Part shown: positions 15,344 to 24,859 of the stretch, in pieces
Layout of the letters: every line of letters starts with the position of its first letter
Position numbering within the stretch: position 1 is the stretch's first letter
Virus record (IMG/VR): IMGVR_UViG_3300033109_000107
Span: 1 to 39,706 of that record
Strand: one strand, 5' to 3'
Origin: a virus
Lineage: Duplodnaviria; Caudoviricetes
DNA: 39,706 bases
Made by a program: the position numbers and the translations under genes
The notes under the pieces: generated by a model
Seen by the model: only the letters and a program-made list of their open reading frames with translations
The model's database searches: none
Told to the model about the DNA's origin: nothing

Positions 15344-15488
15344 GTATCCTGTACGCTGATAGATCGCTTGTGTCGAGCGAAAAACAATAGGGCGGGCTGA
15401 AGAGGCCCGCGCTCGTCTGTAGCATCTATACGCATGGCGATTCACTGTGTGTTGAGGCGCAGTTATCTGGCCAAGAGTCGCCAGCCGT

Positions 15489-15620
15489 ATGGGTGCAATG
15501 CGTAGGCTGTACGCCCGTTGCAGTGGGCCTTGGTTGCCAAAACGTCCGGGGGCGTGTCCGGGGAGCGTTGCACGATGCGACGGTTAACGCCAAAGCCAGG
15601 ATCAGCTCTGGCGCACCCAT
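15489..15620 (+). ncRNA. Candidate structured, tRNA-shaped ncRNA
   Basis: Closing stem ATGGGTGC/GCACCCAT plus three internal arms. Confidence 0.45.
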
Positions 15621-15721
15621 TACTTGCACGCCAACCGAGTTATGCCCCTACTGGGGAACGCCAGAACTCGCTGTCAGATAACCAAAGCTGACGCCGGATT
15701 AGAGTAACCGGCACCAATATC

Positions 15722-15792
15722 GCGGCCTACTCGGAGGAGAGTAACAGCCTTCCAAGCTGGCAGATAGGGTTCGACTCCCTAGGGTCGCTCCA
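15722..15792 (+). tRNA. tRNA-Gly(TCC), atypical D arm
   Basis: Acceptor GCGGCCT/GGGTCGC, anticodon loop CT-TCC-AA, TAGGG-TTCGACT-CCCTA T arm, TCCA end. Confidence 0.75.
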
Positions 15793-15800
15793 TGAAGTTT

Positions 15801-15880
15801 GGTGCGCGGGACTGCTTGGCGTGGTCGCTTGCCTGTCACGCAAGAGAATCAGCGGGGTTCGATTCCCCGGCGCACTGCCA
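15801..15880 (+). tRNA. tRNA-Asp(GTC)
   Basis: Acceptor GGTGCGC/GCGCACT, CTTGC-CT-GTC-AC-GCAAG anticodon arm, CGGGG-TTCGATT-CCCCG T arm, GCCA end. Confidence 0.85.
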
Positions 15881-15912
15881 CCCTCCACACGCGCATGGGT
15901 AACACCGTGCCC

Positions 15913-15934
15913 AACCCGCTTCGGCGGGTTTTTT
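15913..15934 (+). terminator. Rho-independent terminator
   Basis: AACCCGC-TTCG-GCGGGTT followed by TTTT. Confidence 0.85.
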
Positions 15935-15946
15935 CATTTCTAGCCC

Positions 15947-16291
15947 ATGAAAATCAAGGAATTCGTTAAGCCTAGCGAGCAAATGGCGCATATCGGCAGG
16001 CACAAGTGGTACGTGTCTCGCTTGATTGAGCTTTCCAAAGACCTGCCTGTTATGGAAGTTCCATTGAACCATTTAAGTGTTTGGGCCAAGTACGACATTT
16101 CTTTGCGTGAGTTGGTTGGGCACATGAAGGCAGTGCTAGAGGCTGATTTGCAATACCCGATCATCCTTGATGAAGATGGCGAGGTTATGGATGGCCGCCA
16201 CAGGATTATGAAGGCCATCCTGAATGGACACGAAACAATCAAAGCGGTGCGGTTTGATGAGAACCCGCCTCCATGCCAAACAACTGAATAG
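15947..16291 (+). CDS. ParB/Srx N-terminal-like protein
   Basis: ADLQYPIILDEDGEVMDGRHRIMKA motif. Confidence 0.7.
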   Translation: MKIKEFVKPSEQMAHIGRHKWYVSRLIELSKDLPVMEVPLNHLSVWAKYDISLRELVGHMKAVLEADLQYPIILDEDGEVMDGRHRIMKAILNGHETIKAVRFDENPPPCQTTE

Positions 16292-16505
16292 CAGCATGGA
16301 AGAGTACGAAATAACAATAGACCTGCAATGCCCTCACTCAGTAATCCGAAGCCGCGGGCTAAGTGTCTTTGAAATGCTCGACCTTCCAGAGACAGAGGCT
16401 CTTGAGGAAAAGCAAGAGGCCGGATCATTGACCACTGAAGGCATGATCCATACGGAGGCGTAAATGGCCTGCAAGAAGAAACCGCCAAAGCCCAAGAAGT
16501 AAGCC

Positions 16506-16676
16506 ATGCCTTACTACACCTTCAAATGTTCTGTCTGTGGGGTTGAGTGGGTAGAAAAACGCTCAATCGAAGACCGGGACAACACCCCGAAATGCTGCGG
16601 AGAGCAGCAGACCGAACGACAGCTAGACGCCCCATTCGTGGCGATAGATCAACCAGCAGCAGGCAAATCAACCTAA
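16506..16676 (+). CDS. FmdB-like zinc ribbon protein (56 aa, not in ORF track)
   Basis: MPYYTFKCSVCG...PKCCG. Confidence 0.7.
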   Translation: MPYYTFKCSVCGVEWVEKRSIEDRDNTPKCCGEQQTERQLDAPFVAIDQPAAGKST

Positions 16677-16710
16677 TCCAACCTACCCACAAGGGCGCGA
16701 GGAATGAGAA

Positions 16711-16971
16711 ATGGCAGGAAAACCAGGAATGCACCGCAAGGTATTAAACCCTGCGGCAGTTGAGAGGATTCGAGAAAGAATTAAGGCCGACAGACTTATA
16801 GATTCCCTAGAGAATCATGTGTTTGGCGAAAAAGAAATGTCCTCATCGCAAGTTACTGCTGCCCTTGGCCTGTTGAAGAAGCGCGTTCCCGATTTATCAG
16901 CCATTGAGCATAGTGGAGAGGTTGAACATAAGCACTCTCTTGCGCAAATCCTAAGTGCTATCAAAGACTGA
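16711..16971 (+). CDS. Terminase small subunit (probable)
   Basis: Directly upstream of TerL; MSSSQVTAALGLLKKRVPDLSAIEHSGE pattern. Confidence 0.7.
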   Translation: MAGKPGMHRKVLNPAAVERIRERIKADRLIDSLENHVFGEKEMSSSQVTAALGLLKKRVPDLSAIEHSGEVEHKHSLAQILSAIKD

Positions 16972-18349
16972 TGCTGACGCTCTGAGCGAGGCGGTTAAGC
17001 GATGGAGAAAGGGTGGTCCGGCTCTATTTGCAAAAGAAGCGCTTGGAGCATCACCCACAGAACAGCAGTGGGAAGCATCGAGGGCCATTGTTGGTCGTCG
17101 CAGGGTTTCTATCCGGTCAGGGCATGGAACCGGGAAGTCTGCTTTCATGGCTTGGTCTGTGCTGTGGTTCATCTCCTGCTACTTCCCATGCAAGATTCCA
17201 TGCACAGCGCCTACGGCACACCAGCTTAATGATGTGTTGTGGGCGGAAATCGCCAAGTGGCATAGGAAACTTAAAGAGCGAATACCGCAATTAGGCGAGG
17301 CGTTTGGATGGACTAGCGAGCGCTTTCAACTTTTGGAAGGCCCGAACGAATCGTTTGCGGTGGCGCGAACCGCTAGACCCGAGAACCCGGAGGCATTACA
17401 GGGCTTCCATAGCGAGAACATATTGTTCTTGATTGATGAGGCTTCCGGCGTTCCTGAAGTTGTATTCCAGGTTGCCGAGGGCGCGCTATCCACTGAGGGC
17501 GCATTCGTCATCATGGCCGCGAACCCCACAAGGGAGGACGGCTACTTTCACGCCTCACACCACAAGATGCGCGAAAGGTGGGCGGCGTTGCATTGGGATG
17601 GCGAAGAAAGTCCCATGGTCAGCAAAGCCTACATAGAGGACATGCGGAAGAAGTACGGAGTAGATAGCCCCATCTATCAAGTCCGCGTTAAGGGGAATTT
17701 TGCTTCCTCATCAGACGGTGTTATCCCGTTGCATCTGTGCGAGTCAGCAAAGGCTCGGGATGTTTCCGGCATCAAAGCTCATGAGATATGGGGGCTAGAT
17801 GTCGCGCGGTTTGGTGATGACTCCACAGCCCTAGCTAAGCGTAAAGGCAACATCCAGGTTGAGCCTACGCGCGAGTGGTTTGGCAAAGACACCATGCAAA
17901 CCGCAGGGCTGATAAAGCTGGAATACGACAGCGCCCCCGTTAAGCCTGCGGCTATTAATGTTGATGTGATCGGAATTGGTGCTGGTGTGGTGGATAGGCT
18001 AAAAGAGTTGGGCCTTCCGGTTCGCGGAATCAATGTTGCCGAATCTGCAAGCGTGTCAGATCGCTACTCCAGGTTGCGAGATGAACTCTGGTTTAAAGGT
18101 CGCGAATGGCTTGCCGGAATGGATTGTAGGCTGGCTGATGATGACGCACTAATAGCCGAGCTAACGACCGCCAAATACAGCGTTCTTTCTACCGGGAAGA
18201 TAAAGGTAGAAGGTAAAGACGAAATGAAGAAGCGCGGCATTGCGTCACCCAATAGGGCTGATGCCTGGCTGCTTACCTTTGCCGAAACTGGCGTTATGGA
18301 CGACTCATGGACGAAACCACTAGCAATCAACACGAAATACGTAGTGTGA
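16955..18349 (+). CDS. terL: Terminase large subunit
   Basis: Walker A RSGHGTGKS, Walker B LIDEA, nuclease motifs GLDVARFGDD and SPNRADA. Confidence 0.95.
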   Translation: MLSKTDADALSEAVKRWRKGGPALFAKEALGASPTEQQWEASRAIVGRRRVSIRSGHGTGKSAFMAWSVLWFISCYFPCKIPCTAPTAHQLNDVLWAEIAKWHRKLKERIPQLGEAFGWTSERFQLLEGPNESFAVARTARPENPEALQGFHSENILFLIDEASGVPEVVFQVAEGALSTEGAFVIMAANPTREDGYFHASHHKMRERWAALHWDGEESPMVSKAYIEDMRKKYGVDSPIYQVRVKGNFASSSDGVIPLHLCESAKARDVSGIKAHEIWGLDVARFGDDSTALAKRKGNIQVEPTREWFGKDTMQTAGLIKLEYDSAPVKPAAINVDVIGIGAGVVDRLKELGLPVRGINVAESASVSDRYSRLRDELWFKGREWLAGMDCRLADDDALIAELTTAKYSVLSTGKIKVEGKDEMKKRGIASPNRADAWLLTFAETGVMDDSWTKPLAINTKYVV

Positions 18350-18516
18350 GGCGAGGCCGACCGCCAAAAGCAAAGGAAGTGGATAGCCACGCCCAGGAAC
18401 TTGCTAGCCGCATTTGGTCTGGTCAATCTCCCGACCTCCCGCGCGTTGAGCGTCTTGCTCGTGTTGAGCGTGGATTGGCTGCGCAAGGTCTCTCTATGGA
18501 TGGCGTTGAGCTGTGA
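18346..18516 (+). CDS. Small hypothetical protein
   Basis: GTGA-coupled between terL and portal; RRGRPPK motif. Confidence 0.55.
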   Translation: MRRGRPPKAKEVDSHAQELASRIWSGQSPDLPRVERLARVERGLAAQGLSMDGVEL

Positions 18517-20804
18517 GAGACGCAGACCTCATCGCCATCATCGGCTCGCATCGTCGGGATGCACTCGGCTATGAAGACGGCGGCCTGTCCAATGAGCGGT
18601 CTAAGGCGCTTGACCACTATCACGGTCGGCCCTATGGCAACGAGGTAGAGGGGCGCTCGCATGTAGTCTCCAAGGACTTGTCAGAGGCTGTGGATTGGGC
18701 TATGCCCGCCATCCTGAAGGTCTTTGTGCAGTCCGGGAACATTGCTGAATTTGAGCCGATTGGCCCCGAAGACGAGGCCCTGGCGCAGCAAGAGTCCGAT
18801 GTTACGAATAAAGTGTTCATGCAGGATAACAACGGCTTTATGGTGCTGCACGACGCCATTAAAGACGCACTCCTGCTGAAGAATGGCTACATCAAGCACT
18901 TTTGGGAAGAGACAGAAAGCGCCGAGGCCACGCAATACACCGGCCTAACACTGGATGAGGTTGCTAAGCTGTTCAGTGATCTTGAAGGCGAGGGGGCAAC
19001 TGTTACGGTTGAGGGGCAAGATAGCCGATCCGAGCAGATTGAAACTCCGATTGGTCCGCAGCAAATCGAGGTGTTTGACGTAAAGCTGCGCGTGACTCGC
19101 AAAGAGGGCAAGGTCAAGTGCGTTCCTGTTCCTCCCGAGGAAATCCGCGTCTCCAAGCGTTGCACTGGCCCGCTGAGTACCTCCCCGTTTGTTGAGCATG
19201 TCACTCGCAAGACGCGGACCGATCTGCTTGAAATGGGAATGCCGCGTTCGTTTGTGGATCGTCTGCCGGCGTTCTCTGACCAAGACAACAACACTGAAAA
19301 GCTGTCGCGGGATTCCGTTACAGACGAGTCTAACGCGGGCGGACTGGCGTTCATCGACAAATCGATGGATGAGGTTGAGTACTGCGAAGCCTACATTCGC
19401 GTAGATTGGGATGGCGACGGGATCGCCGAGCTTCGCAAGGTTGTCACTGTCGCTAATCAGATTCCTCCTGGCGAAGAATGGAACGAGGAAATAGACGCGC
19501 TGCCTATCTCTGGTGGCGTTCCTAAGCGTATTCCTCATCGCCATATTGGCGAGTCTCTGGACGATGATATCTCCGACCTTCAGGAGATCAAGACCACGCT
19601 TGTTCGGCAGATGCTGGACAACATCTACGCCACGAACAACAACCAATGGCTGGTCAATGAGCGGGTAAATCTCCCCGACTTCATGCAGTCGCTGCCAGGT
19701 GGAATCAAGCGCATCAAGGGCATGGAGCCTGTTGCTGGCGCTGTTGAGCCGGTCATCGCTACGCCGATCATGCAGCAGATTATGCCGGCGATTGATTATA
19801 TCGACGCGACCAAAGAGGGGCGCACTGGCATTAATCGGGCTACTACGGGGCTTGATCCTGATGTGCTGAAGCAAAGCACTAAGGGCGCGTTCATGGAGAA
19901 CTTGAACCGCGCCAGCCAGAAGATCGAGATGATTACCCGCATGCTGGCCGAGACGCTTGTTCGTCCGACCATGCTTGCCGTCCATGCGCTGCTCATCAAG
20001 CACCAAGATAAGCCGATGGTAACTCGGCTGCGCGGGAAGTTCGTGCAGGTTAATCCGCAGGAATGGCGGCGTCGTACCGATATCGTGCTGAAGGTTGGTA
20101 TTGGTACTGGCAACGAAGAAGAGAAGCGCCAGAAGCTGCTGATGCTGACGCAGATGCAAGACCGGCTGATGCCGCTTGGCCTTGTCGGTCCGATGCAGGC
20201 GTATTCGATCTTTGCTGACATGGCTAGGGCGATGGGATTCGATATGCCGGAAAAATACGCCATGTCGCCCGAGTCGCCAGAGTTCCAGCAAGCGCAACAG
20301 ATGCCGCGCCCACCAGACCCCATAGTGCAGGTTAAGCAGATGGAATTGCAGGCGGATGCTCAGAAGTTCCAAGCTGAGACTGTCGTTGAACACCAGAACA
20401 TGCAGATGCAGGCTGAACTTGATCGCCAAAAGGCCGAGTTCAACATGAAGCAAGAGCAACTGCGCAGCCAGAACGATGTCGCTATCGAGCAGGCCAAGAT
20501 TCAAGCGCAGGCAGAACTAGAGCGATGGAAGGCTGAGCTTGATGCACAAGTGGCTCTAGAGAAGGCCAGGATTGACGCTGCCGCAAAGCTAGAAATTGAG
20601 CAAGTCAAAGCAGCCAACCAGCCTCCCCCTGCTGCTGTGAGCGTGAATAACGACCCGAACGGTGATTTTGCCAAGTCTCTGGAAACCATCATTCAGCGAT
20701 CAGAGCAAAACCAGCAGCAAGTGCTTGGGGCAATTGTTGATGCCCTTTCCCGTCCTAAAACAATCGTTCGCGGTCAGGATGGCCGCGCTATCGGAGTTCA
20801 GTAA
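18513..20804 (+). CDS. Portal protein (P22-like with long C-terminal coiled coil)
   Basis: 763 aa after terL; Q/E-rich helical C-terminus. Confidence 0.88.
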   Translation: MRDADLIAIIGSHRRDALGYEDGGLSNERSKALDHYHGRPYGNEVEGRSHVVSKDLSEAVDWAMPAILKVFVQSGNIAEFEPIGPEDEALAQQESDVTNKVFMQDNNGFMVLHDAIKDALLLKNGYIKHFWEETESAEATQYTGLTLDEVAKLFSDLEGEGATVTVEGQDSRSEQIETPIGPQQIEVFDVKLRVTRKEGKVKCVPVPPEEIRVSKRCTGPLSTSPFVEHVTRKTRTDLLEMGMPRSFVDRLPAFSDQDNNTEKLSRDSVTDESNAGGLAFIDKSMDEVEYCEAYIRVDWDGDGIAELRKVVTVANQIPPGEEWNEEIDALPISGGVPKRIPHRHIGESLDDDISDLQEIKTTLVRQMLDNIYATNNNQWLVNERVNLPDFMQSLPGGIKRIKGMEPVAGAVEPVIATPIMQQIMPAIDYIDATKEGRTGINRATTGLDPDVLKQSTKGAFMENLNRASQKIEMITRMLAETLVRPTMLAVHALLIKHQDKPMVTRLRGKFVQVNPQEWRRRTDIVLKVGIGTGNEEEKRQKLLMLTQMQDRLMPLGLVGPMQAYSIFADMARAMGFDMPEKYAMSPESPEFQQAQQMPRPPDPIVQVKQMELQADAQKFQAETVVEHQNMQMQAELDRQKAEFNMKQEQLRSQNDVAIEQAKIQAQAELERWKAELDAQVALEKARIDAAAKLEIEQVKAANQPPPAAVSVNNDPNGDFAKSLETIIQRSEQNQQQVLGAIVDALSRPKTIVRGQDGRAIGVQ

Positions 20805-20933
20805 TGAGCGACCTGCAAGGCCCGCCCGCTGAACTGCGCTTCACCATTACCATAAAACGCGCGGCAACGGGACAAGAAGAAACCTACGAAATGATCGGAA
20901 CCCCGGTCCAAGAGCAACAACAGGAGACACAAG

Positions 20934-21323
20934 ATGGCAGTAACTCACTCGACAGCGGCGCGTAATGCTGCAACTGATGCTGTAACCGCACTGATTGGCG
21001 CGTCTGGCAACCTCAAGTTTCGGTTGTCTGGAACCGTAGGCGCTCCCGGTACTGCGGTAGCTACGCTTCCGCTCTCTGCTACCGCCTTCGGCGCTTCATC
21101 GACCGGCACGGCGACCGCTAACGCGATTACCTCTGACACGAACGCGACTGGTAACGCCTCTGCTGTAGCTACTGCCACGCTTGAGACTTCCGGGGGCACG
21201 GTGGTCATTCACTGCGCTGTAGCTGCGTCTGCTTCTGACATCAATATGTCGGGGGGCCTGACGGTTGCGGCTGGTGATACCGTATCTTGTTCAAGCCTGA
21301 CATATACCGCGCTTAGCGCGTAA
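20934..21323 (+). CDS. Ala/Thr-rich virion structural protein
   Basis: Composition and position in the head module. Confidence 0.65.
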   Translation: MAVTHSTAARNAATDAVTALIGASGNLKFRLSGTVGAPGTAVATLPLSATAFGASSTGTATANAITSDTNATGNASAVATATLETSGGTVVIHCAVAASASDINMSGGLTVAAGDTVSCSSLTYTALSA

Positions 21324-21499
21324 TGCGGCTTATTAGGCCATCATCTGCCCCTGGAACTCGCCCAGTGGTGTGTGTGTCGTGATGAGGTAGTCTATGCCTT
21401 CATTTGTCGCCTCGGTCATTGCTGGTGCGATTACCAGTTCTCCCACGACGACAGCCGGGCTTTACCACGGGCGCGTTTGGTTGTTTGTGAGCGTCTGAG

Positions 21500-24490
21500 A
21501 TGACCCTTAGCTGCACTCACCACACGCTGAAGGTCGATCTGCTCGGGTCAGGCACCGACCCGATGACGACCGCTGCCGTCGATACCTCGACGGCGACGGG
21601 CACCAAGACGATTCTAGTCGCGGTCGGATTGCAGAGTACGGGAACACTCGGCTCAGGCGGGCTGACCGACAACAAGGGCAATACCTATACCCGGTACAAC
21701 CTAACCACTTATGCGGGTGGCGGCGGGGGCTGCGCGTTCTACTACTGCGCGAACGCCAGCGTCGGGACCGGCCACACTTGGAGTCTAGACAAGGCAGCCG
21801 GCTACGAAACCAACGAAGCGGCCTTGCAGGTTCAGGTGTGGTCGGATACCGACGGCGGCACGCCGACGATCAGCTTCACCAACAACACCGCTTTCACGGC
21901 CAGCATCACGCCGACGCAAGACGGCGCCGGCCTCGCTTCGTTCTGGCTGGCGGCAGACTTCACGGGCGGCACATACAACTACACGGTCGATGCCAACTGG
22001 ACGCAATTGGAGGAGTGGGAGAACTCCAACGGCTACAACTCCGGTTCGCACGCGTACCGGATCGGCTCCGGCACCGGCTCGCATTCGGTCACATGGGCGT
22101 CGACAGGATCCATCGAGCCGTCCTCCGGCATCTACATGGTCGAGGTTCTTGCCGGAGGTCCGCCGCCGCAAGTTGCCTACCCGAACGCGGATGGCACTGA
22201 TGGCGCCTGGACGCCGAGCACCGGAGCCGATCTCTACGCCTGCATCGACGAGACTACGCCGTCAGATGCAGACTACATCAGCACGACCAGCAACAGCACA
22301 TGTCGGGGCGGGCTTGGCACACTTAGTACGCCGGTCGAAGGTACACAGACCTTCGCCTTCCGGGCTAGTGGTTCTCCTGCGAAGAAGCTGATCGCCACCC
22401 TGATCGAGGCCGCGAGCACCAGTCGCGGCACGGTCACGGTCGATCCTCTGACCAGCACAGTCACCGAATACACGTTCAGTCCCTCCGGAATTACGGACTA
22501 CGCGGACCTCGACTGGCAGTTCGAGATCGCGGATGCGACGACGCCGCCGACACCATCGGTCAGCTTCGGGGCGATTGGCACGGGCGTCAATGGCAGCACG
22601 TCGATCAACGTCGGCGCGGTGACTGGCATTACGGAGGGGGATTATCTAACCCTCCATGTCACCAGCGGCGCGACCAATAGCGAGACGCCGGGCACCCCGT
22701 CCGGCTGGACGCTACTGGCCACCGGAGCCAGCACGGACGGAACGTTCGGCCTTGATACAGGCCCGCGTCGGGCCACGGTCTTCGGCAAGGTCGCGGGCGC
22801 ATCAGAGGGCGCGGTCACGGTCGCGACCACCAACGGCAACACCGTGCGCGGCGTGATGGTGCGCTGGACGCCAGCGCATCGTGGCTACGATTGGGATGTT
22901 GTCGGTCAGGGCGCGAACGACAGCACCAGCGGCACTGGGGTCAGTATGACGACGGCCGCGATCAATTGGGCGGTCGGCGACTGCGCTTGCGTGACTGTTG
23001 GCCAGCGCGTCGATTCAGCAACGCAGTCAGCCCAATCCTTGACCGCTTCCGGAACGACCTTCGGCACGCGGACGAACCGCGCCAGCACTGCCGTCACCAC
23101 CGGCAACGACCACCGGCATGTGGTCGACACCTTCGCGGCTGTAACAACTGGCGGCGGCAGCGCGGCGACGACATGGGCCTATACCGCCAGCGCAGCAGTT
23201 TCGGCCGGCGGGGTGGTGGTCCGGCTGCGGGAAGTCCCGCCGACCGAGTTCGGCCGAGTCACGCACGCGAAGTTCACGATTCCGGCTGCCGCAGGCGGGA
23301 GTTCGCACGCGACATCTGGCGTATTGACTGGGCAAGGCGCGTCGGTATCAGGCTCGGCAGTGCACAACACATTGCATGCGACATCTGGCGTGCTAGTTGG
23401 GCAGGGGTCATCGATAGTTGGAACCGCTGTTCATTACACGCTGCATGCCGCATCTGGTTCGCTTGCTGGTCAAGGGGCATCGATTTCTGGTAGTGCACTG
23501 AGGTACATTACCCACACGACTAGCGGGGAGTTGCTTGGCCAGGGCTCGGTTATTGCCGGCGCAGCGACACACTCGACGGCGGCTAGTCATGACACTACAG
23601 GCGATCTAACTGGCCAAGGGGCTGTAATCAGTGGCACGGCACTGCGGTATCGAGTGCATACCAGTAGTGGGGCGCTTTCTGGTCAAGGTTCGCTGATTGC
23701 GGGGTCTGCGCTTCGATACAGGCAGCATCCGACGAGCGGAACACTTGCAGGACAAGGTTCAACGATCAGCGGAACGGCGGTTCATTCGGCCCCCGCTGAA
23801 CACGCTGCAACTGGTGCGCTAACGGGCCAGGGTTCGATTATCTCGGGGGTGTCCCTGAGATATCGACAGCATGCCACCAGTGGCGCGCTGAGCGGTCAGA
23901 GTTCTATTCTGTCCGGTACTGCGGCGCATAAGACGCTTCATGCTACAAGCGGCATACTTGTTGGACAGGGGGCAACGATTACCGGGGTATCTCTCCGATA
24001 TCGTGCCTTTACGTCATCCGGCTCTCTGGTGGGGGCCGGGGCGATTGTTAGCGGTGTTGCCGAGCATACGTTTCCTGGAGTGCATTCTGCGACCGGGGCG
24101 CTGGTTGGTCAGGGTGCGCAGCTATATGGAGCAGCAACATTTACCCCTAAAGCTGTGGTTGGCGGGGTTGTTCCTGGGAAGCGCAAGCAGGAGCGGCGAA
24201 TTCTCATCACGCTCGACGGGAATCGCTACTTAGTACCGGAAAGTGAGCTTCCGCAGTGGGTTGATGACAAGGCTGAAGAGGTTGTTACACAGGTTCTAAC
24301 GCGGCCCGTCAAATCCTCAAAGAAGGTCAAGAAGCAGAAGCAGGAGCGCATCCCTGAGTTGGTAACAAAGGTCGATGACTCTTGGGTTCGGTTGTTGATC
24401 GATAGCGCAAACAACGCCATCCGCGCCGAGCTTGAGTTTAGGCGGCAGATGGATGAAGACGACGTTGAAATTCTATTAATGGTGGCCTGA
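21500..24490 (+). CDS. Large Gly/Thr/Ser-rich virion fibre or decoration protein with 12 tandem 23-25 aa repeats
   Basis: 996 aa ORF; HxxSGxLxGQGxxIxG repeats at about 23306-24142. Confidence 0.75.
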   Translation: MTLSCTHHTLKVDLLGSGTDPMTTAAVDTSTATGTKTILVAVGLQSTGTLGSGGLTDNKGNTYTRYNLTTYAGGGGGCAFYYCANASVGTGHTWSLDKAAGYETNEAALQVQVWSDTDGGTPTISFTNNTAFTASITPTQDGAGLASFWLAADFTGGTYNYTVDANWTQLEEWENSNGYNSGSHAYRIGSGTGSHSVTWASTGSIEPSSGIYMVEVLAGGPPPQVAYPNADGTDGAWTPSTGADLYACIDETTPSDADYISTTSNSTCRGGLGTLSTPVEGTQTFAFRASGSPAKKLIATLIEAASTSRGTVTVDPLTSTVTEYTFSPSGITDYADLDWQFEIADATTPPTPSVSFGAIGTGVNGSTSINVGAVTGITEGDYLTLHVTSGATNSETPGTPSGWTLLATGASTDGTFGLDTGPRRATVFGKVAGASEGAVTVATTNGNTVRGVMVRWTPAHRGYDWDVVGQGANDSTSGTGVSMTTAAINWAVGDCACVTVGQRVDSATQSAQSLTASGTTFGTRTNRASTAVTTGNDHRHVVDTFAAVTTGGGSAATTWAYTASAAVSAGGVVVRLREVPPTEFGRVTHAKFTIPAAAGGSSHATSGVLTGQGASVSGSAVHNTLHATSGVLVGQGSSIVGTAVHYTLHAASGSLAGQGASISGSALRYITHTTSGELLGQGSVIAGAATHSTAASHDTTGDLTGQGAVISGTALRYRVHTSSGALSGQGSLIAGSALRYRQHPTSGTLAGQGSTISGTAVHSAPAEHAATGALTGQGSIISGVSLRYRQHATSGALSGQSSILSGTAAHKTLHATSGILVGQGATITGVSLRYRAFTSSGSLVGAGAIVSGVAEHTFPGVHSATGALVGQGAQLYGAATFTPKAVVGGVVPGKRKQERRILITLDGNRYLVPESELPQWVDDKAEEVVTQVLTRPVKSSKKVKKQKQERIPELVTKVDDSWVRLLIDSANNAIRAELEFRRQMDEDDVEILLMVA

Positions 24491-24771
24491 TGACACTTGA
24501 GCAAGATCGAATCACCGGGGAAGACGCAAAGCAACTTCTGAATAACAAGCTGCTGAAGGATGCGTTTTCCAAGGTCGGAGAGTACATCGACCAGAAGGCA
24601 TTGACCTGCGATCCTGACAACAAAGAGGTTGCACAGCGGATCATTCTCAGCAAGCAAATCCTGATGGGCATCAGGCGCGAAATTGAGCGCCTGGTTGAAA
24701 CCGGGATGATTGCCGAGGTTCAGCTATCGGAGATTGAGAAGAAGCGCAGATTTAGCGTCTTCCAAAGGTAA
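24490..24771 (+). CDS. Hypothetical head-module protein
   Basis: 93 aa coupled ORF before the scaffold gene. Confidence 0.7.
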   Translation: MTLEQDRITGEDAKQLLNNKLLKDAFSKVGEYIDQKALTCDPDNKEVAQRIILSKQILMGIRREIERLVETGMIAEVQLSEIEKKRRFSVFQR

Positions 24772-24859
24772 CAAGCCCTCCTGTAAGGGATTCGGCCTCT
24801 GTCGTGAGACACGCCAACTTTAGCGACAGGCACCGCTAAGGACAGACGGAAAACACAAC

